DNA from: Alphaproteobacteria bacterium UBA6178
GTDB lineage: Bacteria > Pseudomonadota > Alphaproteobacteria > Rickettsiales > UBA3002
DNA: 64,000 bases
Assembly (NCBI GenBank): GCA_002422205.1
Contig: DITS01000031.1
Location: 24,115 to 88,114 of the forward strand
Reading direction: 5' to 3'
This document shows, one piece after another, positions 24,471 to 35,178 of this stretch (its first letter is position 1; the number at the start of each line of letters is the position of its first letter). The notes below the pieces were generated by a model. That model was not told the DNA's origin. It saw only the letters and a program-made list of their open reading frames with translations, and did no database searches. A program made the translations under genes and the position numbers.

Positions 24471-26666
24471 TTACTTCACCTGAAACTGATGCTTAGCGGT
24501 TTTGCTCCATAGCTCGCCATCGCGCCATACTAGCGCTTGCACACTGTGCTGGCCTTTTGCCGTTGGCCATAAATAACGCGCGCCCGAGGCGTGGTCTTGT
24601 TTGCTCTCATCAATAAACCACTCCACCTCGTCGCTGGGTAATATCGCACCTGACAGGCGCATTTCAAATGCCTGCTTCTCATGTGGTATGCGTGGGTCGA
24701 CTGCCATTTCCAACCCATCAGCAGGGCGGGCGATAGCAATGTTTTGCTGAGTCTTCGGCGCGGGCAGAAGGGGGGTGTCAGGCATAAAATATTCCGTACG
24801 TGTAGCGCAATCAGGCAGCTGTGCCTGCGCAGCGATACAAATATCCTTGGCCACAAGCTTCGGGCTAACATAAAGCGGTGCGCTATCGCCATGCAAGCTC
24901 AGCTCATTAAAAACACTGCGCAGCACCAGCGACGGGCCTAACGAACCCGTAATCCCGTCGGTAGGCGTATAATCAGCATTACCCATCCAGATGGCCACCG
25001 TATAGCGATGGTTATACCCCACCGCCCATGCATCGCGATAATCGGTGGAAGTGCCGGTTTTAGCAGCGGTTTGCACAGGTAAATTCAGCACGCTGCTACG
25101 GCCAAATTCCAATTGCCGCGCCCAAGGGTCCGATAAAATATCACCAATCAACGACGCTACTTCAGACGAAAATATCTGCCTGCTCTGCACCGGCGCCTCA
25201 TGGTATAAAATAGTCTTAAGCGGCGTATACTCGCCCTTATTCGCAAGCGCTACATAGGCTTGTGCAAGCTCGAATAAGCTCACCTCGCCATTGCCCAGCG
25301 CCAACCCGTCATCGTAAAAATCATGAGACTGTGTCAGGCTGTCAAAGCCAAGCTGGTGCAAAAGGGCTAAATAAGCATCCGGCCTCACAAAATTGATGGT
25401 ATGCAATGCAGGAATATTCAACGAATTACCCAGTGCCGCACGCAAACTCACCTCACCATAATAGCGATTGCTGTAATTACGAAAATGATGCAGCCCGCGC
25501 CCAATACTATTCGAATAAGGCGCATCATCGATAATGGTAGCAGCTGTCCACCCTTTCTCCAGCGCGGCGGCATATAAAAACGGCTTTAATGCAGAGCCGG
25601 GTTGACGCGGCGTGCGCACCATATCAATGCGGCAGCCGGCGGCGTTATGATTACTCTTGCTGCATTCGGCACCAGCAGACACCCATGCCAGCACCTCATT
25701 TGTGGTGTTATCAATCACAATCGCAGCGGCATTGTGCACGCGTTTGGCGGCCAGCGATTGCAACCGGCTTTGCAATAAATCACCCAGATATTGCTGCAAA
25801 TTCCCATCCAGCGTTGTGAGAATGCGGGACTGGTTCCACGTTGCGGCTGCTGCGGCTTGTTGCCGAACATCATTTACAAAATGAAACGCCTCCACCGGCG
25901 ATGCGGCAGGCTCCAACGCCAACTGATACTGCGTCAGCCGCTCCACCACTTGCGAATCAAGCAAACCGCGCTGCGCCATCACATCGGCAAGCCGCTTGAT
26001 CGACCCTGCAATATCCACCTCGCCGCGATATAAATCAAATTTGGAGGGGGCACGCACCAATACAGCCAGCGCCAGCATTTCCTTAGGGTTCAGCGTATTG
26101 ATATCGCGATTGAAATAATAGCGGGCTGCCTGCGTCACTCCGCGCCGATTCGCGCCGTAAGGTACCTGATTTAAATAAAACTCTAAAATATCCGCCTTGC
26201 TGGCATGTGCTTCCAGCATCATGGCTTCCAGACCCTCAATCCATTTAGACCAATAGGTGCGCGGGCGGGGGTGTAGCATGCGCACCACCTGCTCACTAAT
26301 GGTACTGGCGCCACGCGCGCGCTTGCCGTGCCAAACACGTTGCCACAGCGCATGACTGCGCGCTACCCAATCCACCCCGCCATGATCAAAGAAACGCCTA
26401 TCCTCCGATAGAACAAATGCATGCTGCAGCGATTCGGGGATCTGGTGCAAAGCCGCATGGTCATAGCTGTTCCAACGATTCTGATACGAGAAGGTAAGCG
26501 GAATACCGCTGCGATCTAAAATCTGTACATGGGCGGTCTGTGAGCGCGCCGCTCGGAAGTCCTCGCCAACCGGCTGCAAATCAAACGCGGTTTTAGCGAT
26601 AAATATTACAAGCCCAGCCAGCAAAAAGCGCCCAGACCAGATAAAAATGCGCCCTATGCTAATCAT
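24471..26666 (-). CDS. pbpC: penicillin-binding protein 1C (bifunctional transglycosylase/transpeptidase)
   Basis: 731 aa. GT51 motifs SEDRRFFDHGGVD and GASTISEQVVR, plus a transpeptidase region and a C-terminal PBP1C domain. It lies immediately downstream of the alpha-2-macroglobulin gene. Confidence 0.9.
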   Translation of the reverse strand: MISIGRIFIWSGRFLLAGLVIFIAKTAFDLQPVGEDFRAARSQTAHVQILDRSGIPLTFSYQNRWNSYDHAALHQIPESLQHAFVLSEDRRFFDHGGVDWVARSHALWQRVWHGKRARGASTISEQVVRMLHPRPRTYWSKWIEGLEAMMLEAHASKADILEFYLNQVPYGANRRGVTQAARYYFNRDINTLNPKEMLALAVLVRAPSKFDLYRGEVDIAGSIKRLADVMAQRGLLDSQVVERLTQYQLALEPAASPVEAFHFVNDVRQQAAAAATWNQSRILTTLDGNLQQYLGDLLQSRLQSLAAKRVHNAAAIVIDNTTNEVLAWVSAGAECSKSNHNAAGCRIDMVRTPRQPGSALKPFLYAAALEKGWTAATIIDDAPYSNSIGRGLHHFRNYSNRYYGEVSLRAALGNSLNIPALHTINFVRPDAYLALLHQLGFDSLTQSHDFYDDGLALGNGEVSLFELAQAYVALANKGEYTPLKTILYHEAPVQSRQIFSSEVASLIGDILSDPWARQLEFGRSSVLNLPVQTAAKTGTSTDYRDAWAVGYNHRYTVAIWMGNADYTPTDGITGSLGPSLVLRSVFNELSLHGDSAPLYVSPKLVAKDICIAAQAQLPDCATRTEYFMPDTPLLPAPKTQQNIAIARPADGLEMAVDPRIPHEKQAFEMRLSGAILPSDEVEWFIDESKQDHASGARYLWPTAKGQHSVQALVWRDGELWSKTAKHQFQVK

Positions 26667-26669
26667 GGC

Positions 26670-29600
26670 TTAAGGCGCTTGCTGGCCTACACGCAATTGC
26701 CCCGTCACGCCTTTACCATACACATCCGGATCATACATTTCCTCGGCATGCACAGGCATAATGGTAAATTCACCCGGTGCAATCGCTTGCGCGGTATATG
26801 AGAGATGGTAATTGCCTGCAGGCAGATAATCCGCATAAAAACGAACCGAATCATGGCGCAATTCCTGATGATAGAAACTCCAGCGCGAGGCCAGATACGA
26901 TATCCAGTCCGAATATTTGAACCACCACGACCCACCGGACGCTTCAAATTTTCCCTTATCCGCATCGACAATTGACGCGGTGGCCAAATCACGATTCACC
27001 GGCTCTAACCCACCCGGTACGGGATCATCCACCACCACAAAATGCCGTGCAGCGGGCACCGATAAAAATAAATCCACCCGTATCAGCTCTGCTTGCAAGA
27101 TGGCAGCAGGTGAGGGCAGCAATTCCCATTTTCCATCACGCTGCACGCTGTATTCGCGTGTAATTTCTATGCCCGAATTGGTGGCGCTGCTGTGCTCGGC
27201 AAGGGGCGCGTAACGCAAGCGCGTGGCATAATATAGCCTGCCATCGCCTTCACGCGAAATAGTAGCCGTCGCTTTTCGTCCGACATCTTTTGCTTCAATA
27301 GGATGAGTAAATGTCATCGGCGCATCTTTCACATCCGAAAACACTGCCTGACCAAAGGACGTTTCATCCAGCTTCACCGCCACTTGCATATCCGGTTTCA
27401 CTTTTTCATAGCGCCGCGCATAGTCGGTCAGCCCGTTCAGGCAGAACACATTTTCCTGCGTATTGTCCCAATGCGTGCGGCTGCCGCGCGCCTGCGTAAT
27501 CATTCGCACCAGCTTGAACGGAATATCCTCCACCAATGAGGCCTGCTCGGTTTCCGCCATTTTGCTGAATGTGGATAAGATCGCGCAGTTCTCACGCAGT
27601 GGCGTGGATAGAATACGGCTATAGCTATCATCCAGCTCTTCGTTAAAGCTGAATTTTCCGCCCGATTGGTTGGCATGGGATAAAATCAGTTTGGATACCT
27701 CATCCACATACGCGTCTCCACCTTCCACACGCATGGCCGCTTGCACAAAATAGGTTTTGCCAAACAAGCTCATCTGCGCCACATGCGGCTTAAAACGCTC
27801 CAGATCAGCAAGTGTAATCAGGTTATTCTCGGCCAGCGCGGCCAGCGCTACCGCACGTACCGTAGACGCCATGCCCTTGTCATAAAAATCAGGGTAGGCG
27901 TCTTGTTTCAGCAGCGTATTCAGATAGGCATAAAGCTTATCCTCGACTTCGACGGGGATAGTGTGGCCGCTCTCACGCAGCCAGTTAAAGGCCAGTGCAG
28001 TATACGCACTCAAATACGGATCAACATAATCATCCCGCGCAATAAAATAAGCCATACCCCCATTGGGTGCCTGAAAATTACCCGCCATTTTCAGTGTATC
28101 TTGGGCGAGTGATGCAGCTTCATCCCACTCAAATGCAGGCGGCATATAATTACGCAAATTAAGATAATGCGACGCCATCACGCCCTTGGTCAGTATCTGC
28201 TCCCAGCAGAAATAGGGATAATCACGCAGATATTTAAATGCGCCTTCGATATTTCCAATTACCGACGCAGCAGCCACAATACTCAGCTCACCCACATCAG
28301 CATGAATATTATCGGGGAACGCAATAGACTCCTCCACAGCATCATCCGTGGTTGTACCATAATTCGCTGCCGTCTCCAGCGAGCGGCGCTTGCGCACAAC
28401 CAATGCATGCCTAATGCCATCGCCGTCAGTCGCATCTTCTGCCGACACCTCAAAACGTATTTCACCTTGAGCTTGCTCGGCTACGGCTTTCACGGGCTGG
28501 CTTTGCAGCGGCATCCATACCGTTTCACGCTTATAAGGTGCCAGCGTAATCTGCTTCACCAATGTTGTCGGGTGCGCTTTGGCATCCAGATCGCCGCTGG
28601 CGGTAATATGCACCACAATATCACGTGTGCTATCAGTACGGTTCATCACACTGAATCCCGCATCAAAGCGATCACCTTCGGTTACCTGATTAGGCATCAC
28701 GGGCCGCACCTCAGTGGGGCGGTTAACTTTAAAATTCGTTTCGCCCAACCCCATCCGGTCGGTGGGTGTGACTGCCAAAGCCAGCACACGCCAGCCCGTC
28801 AGATTATCCGGCACTTCAAAAGATATTTGTGCTTTGCCATTAGCGTCAGTCCTAACCGATGGATTCCAATAGCTCACAAATTTAAATAAATTGCGCATCG
28901 CCAGATCAGCACCGCCATCCCCTCCAGGATTGGCGCCTTTCTTTTCAAATTTCTGGCGGCCTATCAGGCGCGTCAACAAGCTGTAATTGCGCAAATCGAG
29001 CGAATCCAGCTGATAAAACCCGTCATACGGATTAAAATACGATAACCCACCGGCAATTAAATCAAACACCGATTCGTCAAGCACCAGCACGGCGAGCTCG
29101 ATTGGTTCTTGCTTGTCGCTAAAACGCGGCGCGGCATGCAAATCCACACGCACCGTTTCGCGCGGCTTATAAAGCTCATGCTCACTTTTTGCCGTTACGA
29201 TAATTTCCTTATACTCATCCAGAATCGGCACGGTGAGATAGCCGATTTTAAAGGCGGGCTTGCCCAAATCAACCTGCCCTTCGACGGGCTTGTCCACACG
29301 CGGTGAAAACGCAACAACAGACAAATAAAATCCGGGGATATAATCTGGCTTCACCTCAAATTCGATGACTGGCGTGCTGCCCTCGAGCGTTTGCACAAAA
29401 TGATCCAGTACGCCGTAGCGTTCGATAGTGATCAGCGCCTTAGCACCCGGATAGGGGTTTTTAATCAGATAACGCGCAGTATCCCCCACCTGATACGATG
29501 GTTTTTCCGGTATGATCTCGAGCGAATAATCATTCGGTTCGTTCCATAACACATGGCCCGAGCCGGTCGCATATAAATACATCTCGGTTTGATGCGCATG

Positions 29601-32585
29601 ACCTTGCGTGTCCTTGATGCTGGCAGTGGCGCGGTAATAACCCGCTTCCTTCGCAGTAAAGCTGCATGCACTAGCTTCCTGTGAGGAGCGGCCTTCGCAG
29701 TCACCGCTTTCAACCCATGCATTGGTAAATTCGGTAAGATACGCATTGCCCGCACCCTTGACCTTAGCGGCTTTGGTTTCCTGCCGCTCAATGACAATTT
29801 GCACATCCGTGTCAGCTACCGGATTACCACGCGCATCCGCCACCAGATAGCGTATATCAACAGCTTTGCCCGCTTGCACCAGCCAGTCTGTCATGTTAAG
29901 GCCGACAAAACGATCCACACCGGCATAATCCGCATAAGAGGTTGCCGCCACATATTTACCGCGATCATCCTGCACCGCGCTTTCAAACATCAGGCGGCCA
30001 TAATAAATTTTTTGCTCAGGAATGGTGAATGACAGGGTGTTTTCACCGGTGCTACCCACCGTATCCATTTTCTGGAACACTTGTTGCTGGTCGGTTTCAC
30101 CGCGATAGCTGCCAAAGGTAAATGCATTCCCAACTGCATGTTTCGAGCTAAAAGGCTTGCTCTCCAACATGGCGGTGATGCGGGCATTCGCGTCCGTGTA
30201 AGCCCCGCCCGAATGCAAGCGCGCTACCGTGTTCAACTCCACCTCTTGCCCGGCATGAAACAAATCACCATTCACCTGATTGGTCACTTTGAAAGGAGAG
30301 GGGGTGAAATCACTCACCAGCACCCGCATTGGGCTGAAGATAAAAGACTGGTCATATTCCGAATCCGTATGGCCAAATTCGGCAATCAATTTAAATTCAT
30401 ACCAGCCCACAGCCGCTTGTTTGTTCGTCGCAAATTCACCTGCATACGCACCAAAATCATTCAAGGATAGATGTTTAACCTCATGCACTTTGTTACCGGT
30501 CGGGTCCAGAATTTCCAGCCGGTACCCGTCTTTGGGAGCACGGGTAAGGCTGTCATTATCCTGATCGCGCACATATAATTTGTATTGAATGGTATCACCC
30601 GCACGATAAATACCCTGCGCCGTCATCCCCCATGATTTTAAATGTCCATAGCGCTTTTTATTATCGGGATACACGCTTTCGCCAACCGAGCGATAAGAGC
30701 TAAGCATAAATGGATTGCTGATCGGCAGCAGTGCCATATTATCCCCCTTATCGACGCGCACAAACAGCCGGTCATCTTCGTCATTCCAGCTACGATACAG
30801 TGAAAGCTCCGGATCAAGCGCCGAGCTACCAGCTAGCGTACTAATGCCATTTGCATCGGTAACGCTGCTGGCCAGCGCCTTTTGTATCGCACCTAATTCG
30901 CTGAGCTTATCCTTATAGATTGTAACCTTTGCATCTGCCACGGGTAAACCCGTTGCCATATCTGTGACCCACACCACGCTATTATAATGCCCCATTTTCG
31001 CATGCACTTGATAAGGGGTTACCTGCGCAAACAAACGGTGTTCCCACGGCATTTTATAAACATTAGGATTGGTTTCCAAATGGCCATATATTGCACCGCT
31101 TTTACCATCCAGCATGTCCCGCACCTGCAGCGGAATCGCGAATTGGACATCCTGCACCACAGGAACAGACTGCTTCGAAGACAGCTCCGCCTTAGCGCCA
31201 GCCGCAGTAACACGCCGGTAATTGAAAGTTATGCTATCCAGATTATTGACATACAGCGGCACCTCACTATCCACACCGCTTTCAATCACCGCATCCGTAT
31301 GATCTAACACAAAGTTGGGTTTGCGATGATCGGTTCGCAGCACCATATCGATAGGCTCGTTCAATGGCCGGTCAAACTCGTCACGAATATCGGTAACGCC
31401 CACATCGACAAATAGCGATTTAATCCAGTGCCACACGCGTTGAAGCCAATTCCGCTCCTGCTCGTCGCTTTGTACGCGATATTCGGCAGCCGCCTTTAAA
31501 CCGGCAGGAAGCCAGATATGATAGCGCCTGTCTTTTTCATGCGCACGGGCTAGCTGCGAATAATCTTCCGATCCGCCCCATAAATCCTCTTCGGCATTAA
31601 TATTCAGGCGGGGGCTAAACAGAATATGGTCTTTCGCTTGCGAGCGAAAAACAGGGGTGCTGAATGCCAGCGCCGCACCGGTCATTGGATTGCACAATGT
31701 CTCAGGGTCTTTGGTGTTTGCGGGTATCAGTACCATCTCATTATCATTGTCGTTGCTATAGCAGCTAATCCCAAGGAATGAGAAAGCAGGGAAGGTATGA
31801 AACCGCACCACTTCGCGCTCACCAATGCCAGTCTCCAGCCCTAGTGCCGACCGCAAGCCGGGCTTCACCTGCAAGCGCATAGCGGTATCCAGCGGTAATT
31901 CGTCCGCTGGCGACACCATCCACACCCGACGCGCTTCAGCGCCTTTGCGCGTAGCCTCATTATTGGTCGCACCGTTTTGAGTTTCTGTCACAGGTAAATA
32001 ATCAGGCTCGGTACTCTCATTCGGATCAGCCTCAACATTCAAGCGGTATGGCTGCGAATTCAGCCCTTCTGCAGCTTCCATAAACAAGCTATCCGCAACC
32101 GACTCGGCACTCACCGATTGATTAAAAGTCAGACGCAACACGGGTGTCCCCGCTGATTTCCATGTGCTAAACCACGCATAGCGCACATCGGGCCGCTCGG
32201 TGGTAAAGATATGCTCGAATGGCTGATCAATGCCAGCGCCATCCTCAGCCACAATGCCCTTATTCACAGTCACCCGATATTTCGTCGCTGACTGCAATGC
32301 GTTGGCTTCGTCAAGATTACACGCCAGCGCACTTGTATTAAGCCAGCGCCATTGGCATTCCAGCTTGGGTTCGATGATAATCGGAATCTCGGCGCTGCTT
32401 CGTTCCATCCGTCCAACCGGCACCACCGCGCGGTTAAACTGAATCACCAGCTGCTGTCCCACCGGCACATCGTCACCATTCGGAGTAATACGCAGAATGC
32501 TCAACGTCTGGCTAGCAGCGGCATGCGCAACAAAAGCAGGGCAGGCCAGCACCATCAATAACGCAAATATAACGCTCAGCCGCAT
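26670..32585 (-). CDS. bacterial alpha-2-macroglobulin family protein (YfhM/ECAM-like) with thioester motif
   Basis: 1971 aa. Signal peptide MRLSVIFALLMVLAC. CxEQ thioester site in YPYFCWEQ. Large repeated MG-domain architecture. Paired with pbpC. Confidence 0.9.
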   Translation of the reverse strand: MRLSVIFALLMVLACPAFVAHAAASQTLSILRITPNGDDVPVGQQLVIQFNRAVVPVGRMERSSAEIPIIIEPKLECQWRWLNTSALACNLDEANALQSATKYRVTVNKGIVAEDGAGIDQPFEHIFTTERPDVRYAWFSTWKSAGTPVLRLTFNQSVSAESVADSLFMEAAEGLNSQPYRLNVEADPNESTEPDYLPVTETQNGATNNEATRKGAEARRVWMVSPADELPLDTAMRLQVKPGLRSALGLETGIGEREVVRFHTFPAFSFLGISCYSNDNDNEMVLIPANTKDPETLCNPMTGAALAFSTPVFRSQAKDHILFSPRLNINAEEDLWGGSEDYSQLARAHEKDRRYHIWLPAGLKAAAEYRVQSDEQERNWLQRVWHWIKSLFVDVGVTDIRDEFDRPLNEPIDMVLRTDHRKPNFVLDHTDAVIESGVDSEVPLYVNNLDSITFNYRRVTAAGAKAELSSKQSVPVVQDVQFAIPLQVRDMLDGKSGAIYGHLETNPNVYKMPWEHRLFAQVTPYQVHAKMGHYNSVVWVTDMATGLPVADAKVTIYKDKLSELGAIQKALASSVTDANGISTLAGSSALDPELSLYRSWNDEDDRLFVRVDKGDNMALLPISNPFMLSSYRSVGESVYPDNKKRYGHLKSWGMTAQGIYRAGDTIQYKLYVRDQDNDSLTRAPKDGYRLEILDPTGNKVHEVKHLSLNDFGAYAGEFATNKQAAVGWYEFKLIAEFGHTDSEYDQSFIFSPMRVLVSDFTPSPFKVTNQVNGDLFHAGQEVELNTVARLHSGGAYTDANARITAMLESKPFSSKHAVGNAFTFGSYRGETDQQQVFQKMDTVGSTGENTLSFTIPEQKIYYGRLMFESAVQDDRGKYVAATSYADYAGVDRFVGLNMTDWLVQAGKAVDIRYLVADARGNPVADTDVQIVIERQETKAAKVKGAGNAYLTEFTNAWVESGDCEGRSSQEASACSFTAKEAGYYRATASIKDTQGHAHQTEMYLYATGSGHVLWNEPNDYSLEIIPEKPSYQVGDTARYLIKNPYPGAKALITIERYGVLDHFVQTLEGSTPVIEFEVKPDYIPGFYLSVVAFSPRVDKPVEGQVDLGKPAFKIGYLTVPILDEYKEIIVTAKSEHELYKPRETVRVDLHAAPRFSDKQEPIELAVLVLDESVFDLIAGGLSYFNPYDGFYQLDSLDLRNYSLLTRLIGRQKFEKKGANPGGDGGADLAMRNLFKFVSYWNPSVRTDANGKAQISFEVPDNLTGWRVLALAVTPTDRMGLGETNFKVNRPTEVRPVMPNQVTEGDRFDAGFSVMNRTDSTRDIVVHITASGDLDAKAHPTTLVKQITLAPYKRETVWMPLQSQPVKAVAEQAQGEIRFEVSAEDATDGDGIRHALVVRKRRSLETAANYGTTTDDAVEESIAFPDNIHADVGELSIVAAASVIGNIEGAFKYLRDYPYFCWEQILTKGVMASHYLNLRNYMPPAFEWDEAASLAQDTLKMAGNFQAPNGGMAYFIARDDYVDPYLSAYTALAFNWLRESGHTIPVEVEDKLYAYLNTLLKQDAYPDFYDKGMASTVRAVALAALAENNLITLADLERFKPHVAQMSLFGKTYFVQAAMRVEGGDAYVDEVSKLILSHANQSGGKFSFNEELDDSYSRILSTPLRENCAILSTFSKMAETEQASLVEDIPFKLVRMITQARGSRTHWDNTQENVFCLNGLTDYARRYEKVKPDMQVAVKLDETSFGQAVFSDVKDAPMTFTHPIEAKDVGRKATATISREGDGRLYYATRLRYAPLAEHSSATNSGIEITREYSVQRDGKWELLPSPAAILQAELIRVDLFLSVPAARHFVVVDDPVPGGLEPVNRDLATASIVDADKGKFEASGGSWWFKYSDWISYLASRWSFYHQELRHDSVRFYADYLPAGNYHLSYTAQAIAPGEFTIMPVHAEEMYDPDVYGKGVTGQLRVGQQAP

Positions 32586-32705
32586 AACCCACTCCCCACT
32601 ATGTCAATGGATAATAGAGCGGGCCTAGCGCAACACAACCAGAATATAACAAGGCCGGAAACTGTGGATATCAAGGTAGATTATTGAGGGATCATAAAAC
32701 AATAC

Positions 32706-34055
32706 CTATTTAATTATTAGATATTCCAATGCTGCTGCGGGTGTATTCACAGGGGAGAGGAGGTTATCGCGGGGGTAGGCCAGCAAAGCTAAGGCTGCGC
32801 ACACAGCGATAACCCCTATTTTGAACTGCCACAAATAATGTGCCGCATAACCAGCTAAAATAGTCAAGGGGGCGTAGATCAATGCAATATGATGAATATT
32901 AATGTTGATCTTGGTAGACATTGCCAATGACATAATTATGAAACTAGCGGCAATAACTTTTAGCGCTGCCTCTCTATTATGCCTTAACATCAGCACAGCG
33001 CCAAATAAACAAAACAGTAGAAGTGGTAGAGGCGTTCTTATTAATAGCAAAGTAGGATAAAAATACCATTCACCCATGTAGAGCGTACCATTTGGGAATA
33101 ATTCGCCTGCGTGGCCTTTCTCAGCCTTGAGTGCTACAGTTTCAAGCCCTTCTTGTAAGGCAGATATATCAAACTGCCAGCCTAATAGGACTACCAGCGT
33201 CGCTATCACTATTGCTAGTCCAAACAATGCTAAGGCATATTTATGCTTTGTACGCTGCCAAGATAGTAAAAGCCATGCTAGAGAAATCGGCGGTATAAAA
33301 CATAAAGCTGAGAATTTTGCCAGCGCTGCCAATCCACCCATTAATCCGAGCAATATCGCTTTAGCCATAGTTGCCTTTTTTAACATGGCTTGTAGTGTGA
33401 CAAGCACCCATATAGCCAAGCAAATAAATGGCAAATCAGTCATCACTCGTGCGCCTAGCCATAGAATGATAGGCACAGTTGAGAAAAAGGCAGCGGAAAA
33501 CGCGGCTGTGGAGCGGGATAAGCTCAAGTTCATTGCTAGTAGAAATACCCCGAATATTGAAAGCAAATAAAATGGCCACATCATCACACGGCCCGCCTTG
33601 GCCGCTTTCAAATCCATAAAGCCATAATCCATTGTCGTGAGGCAATAATGAAGAAAGGCCCCGCCATTATGATTTGCTCGAATATCTTCCTTCCACTTCG
33701 AAAAGCGGCCAGAACAATTAGATTGGGGTATCGTTATTTCTGAATATAAATATAAAGGTAGCGCAGCGATTACACGGGCCAATGGTGGATGCATTCTTTC
33801 ATACCCATATGTTCCTTGCTGTAACAGCTCCAAGCCGGTACCTATATGTGCTGGTTCATCGGCTGAAACATATTGAGACATTACAGAAAATAAGCTGTTA
33901 TTCACAACCTGATAAAAGCCTGTGGCGATAATCGCAATAACTACGAAAGTCTTGAAGTAAGATCTGCGCGGGCTCATCAGCGCAGATATGCAGCTATGAA
34001 TAGCACCGACAATTACTAATTTTTTGTGGCCAATTGTCTCGCTAGGCTGTTGCAT
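32706..34055 (-). CDS. polytopic membrane glycosyltransferase (GT39/GT83, ArnT/PMT-like)
   Basis: 449 aa with many TM helices and an N-terminal loop ERMHPPLARVIAALP typical of lipid-carrier-dependent glycosyltransferases. GC is lower than in the neighbouring genes. Confidence 0.65.
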   Translation of the reverse strand: MQQPSETIGHKKLVIVGAIHSCISALMSPRRSYFKTFVVIAIIATGFYQVVNNSLFSVMSQYVSADEPAHIGTGLELLQQGTYGYERMHPPLARVIAALPLYLYSEITIPQSNCSGRFSKWKEDIRANHNGGAFLHYCLTTMDYGFMDLKAAKAGRVMMWPFYLLSIFGVFLLAMNLSLSRSTAAFSAAFFSTVPIILWLGARVMTDLPFICLAIWVLVTLQAMLKKATMAKAILLGLMGGLAALAKFSALCFIPPISLAWLLLSWQRTKHKYALALFGLAIVIATLVVLLGWQFDISALQEGLETVALKAEKGHAGELFPNGTLYMGEWYFYPTLLLIRTPLPLLLFCLFGAVLMLRHNREAALKVIAASFIIMSLAMSTKININIHHIALIYAPLTILAGYAAHYLWQFKIGVIAVCAALALLAYPRDNLLSPVNTPAAALEYLIIK

Positions 34056-34318
34056 CGTGGTGTAATCCTATTTAATTTTTTGAGATATTCACTAGTACCA
34101 TCCTGCAAATATTCATTCAGACCACTCTCTACATATTGTAATGCTATATTGTAATGATATCAGCTAGCAAGTAGCGCATTTTATGCGAGTAGCACAAGTA
34201 GTTTAAGTTAACTTCTAAATTTACACCCCCCTATTGGTTACAGCGCTCCATCCTTATGGATTCTTTACGCCAATAATCATTTGTTCATAGGGTGAAACAA
34301 ACCCAAGGAGGAATGAGC

Positions 34319-34390
34319 ATGAAAGCGTTGTTAATGTGGCTAATTGGTATCCCGATTCCCATCATCATAATTTTGATGCTCATCTTTTAG
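34319..34390 (+). CDS. tiny hydrophobic protein (23 aa)
   Basis: Manual ORF MKALLMWLIGIPIPIIIILMLIF, with a strong RBS aaggagg 7 nt upstream. Confidence 0.5.
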   Translation: MKALLMWLIGIPIPIIIILMLIF

Positions 34391-34424
34391 CGGCAACCAT
34401 TCAATCATAGAGAGAGGATTCACC

Positions 34425-34499
34425 ATGAATCAGATTATTTACCTCGTCGGCCTAATCGTAGTGATCCTGGCTATTTTGTCATTCCTCGGCTTGCGGTAA
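34425..34499 (+). CDS. tiny hydrophobic protein (24 aa)
   Basis: Manual ORF MNQIIYLVGLIVVILAILSFLGLR, with RBS gagagga upstream. Confidence 0.5.
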   Translation: MNQIIYLVGLIVVILAILSFLGLR

Positions 34500-34510
34500 A
34501 GGGGGATAAA

Positions 34511-35092
34511 ATGAACACCAACACCATCGCCCTAACGCCCCGCTTTGAGTGGGGCGCGATAATTGCCGGTGCAGCGCTCGCATTGGCGATCACCATTGTA
34601 TTGCTTCAATTTGGCGCTGCTATCGGCTTATCATCTTCTGCTCCACTTCGCGGAGAAGCCAATCTCGCCTCATGGGGCATCATCGCAACCGGCATCTGGC
34701 TATTGTGGGTGCAGCTGCTCTCCGCTTTAGCCGGAGGGTATCTTGCAGGTCGTATGCGCACACCACAAGTGGGTGCTATCCCACATGATGTCGAATTACG
34801 CGACGGTATCATTGGTTTATGTACATGGGCAGTGAGCACTGTAGCGGTATTCATCGGCGCATCCATGGCTGCTGGCTTTGCCAGCTACATTGCGGCAGCC
34901 ACCGGCACCTATGATACGAATCAAACCCTCACGGACGCCGAACAAAACAGTGCCATTATTTTTGCCTTCGCGGCAGGTGCTACGTCGTTACTGTCTGCCG
35001 TAGCAGCATGGTGGGCCGGTACGATGGGTGGCGATCATCGTGATCAAAATACTGATTTTAGCACCAGCTTAAGCTTTAAACATAAACGGTAA
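34511..35092 (+). CDS. integral membrane protein of unknown function
   Basis: 193 aa with 4-5 hydrophobic helices. RBS aaggggg upstream. Confidence 0.6.
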   Translation: MNTNTIALTPRFEWGAIIAGAALALAITIVLLQFGAAIGLSSSAPLRGEANLASWGIIATGIWLLWVQLLSALAGGYLAGRMRTPQVGAIPHDVELRDGIIGLCTWAVSTVAVFIGASMAAGFASYIAAATGTYDTNQTLTDAEQNSAIIFAFAAGATSLLSAVAAWWAGTMGGDHRDQNTDFSTSLSFKHKR

Positions 35093-35178
35093 TCTATGAA
35101 AACCCTGAGCTATATACCAATGCCGATGGACTGTCAGCAGCTGATCGAATTGCCCGCCTCGAAAAGCTGGCCAATGCA

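Noticed and set aside
28167-28889. 240-aa plus-strand ORF, along with many other 60-130-aa plus-strand ORFs between 26.7 and 32.5 kb
   Set aside because: These are antisense shadow ORFs inside the 1971-aa alpha-2-macroglobulin gene. They are rich in Arg, His, Ile and Gln, have no RBS and show no domain signal.
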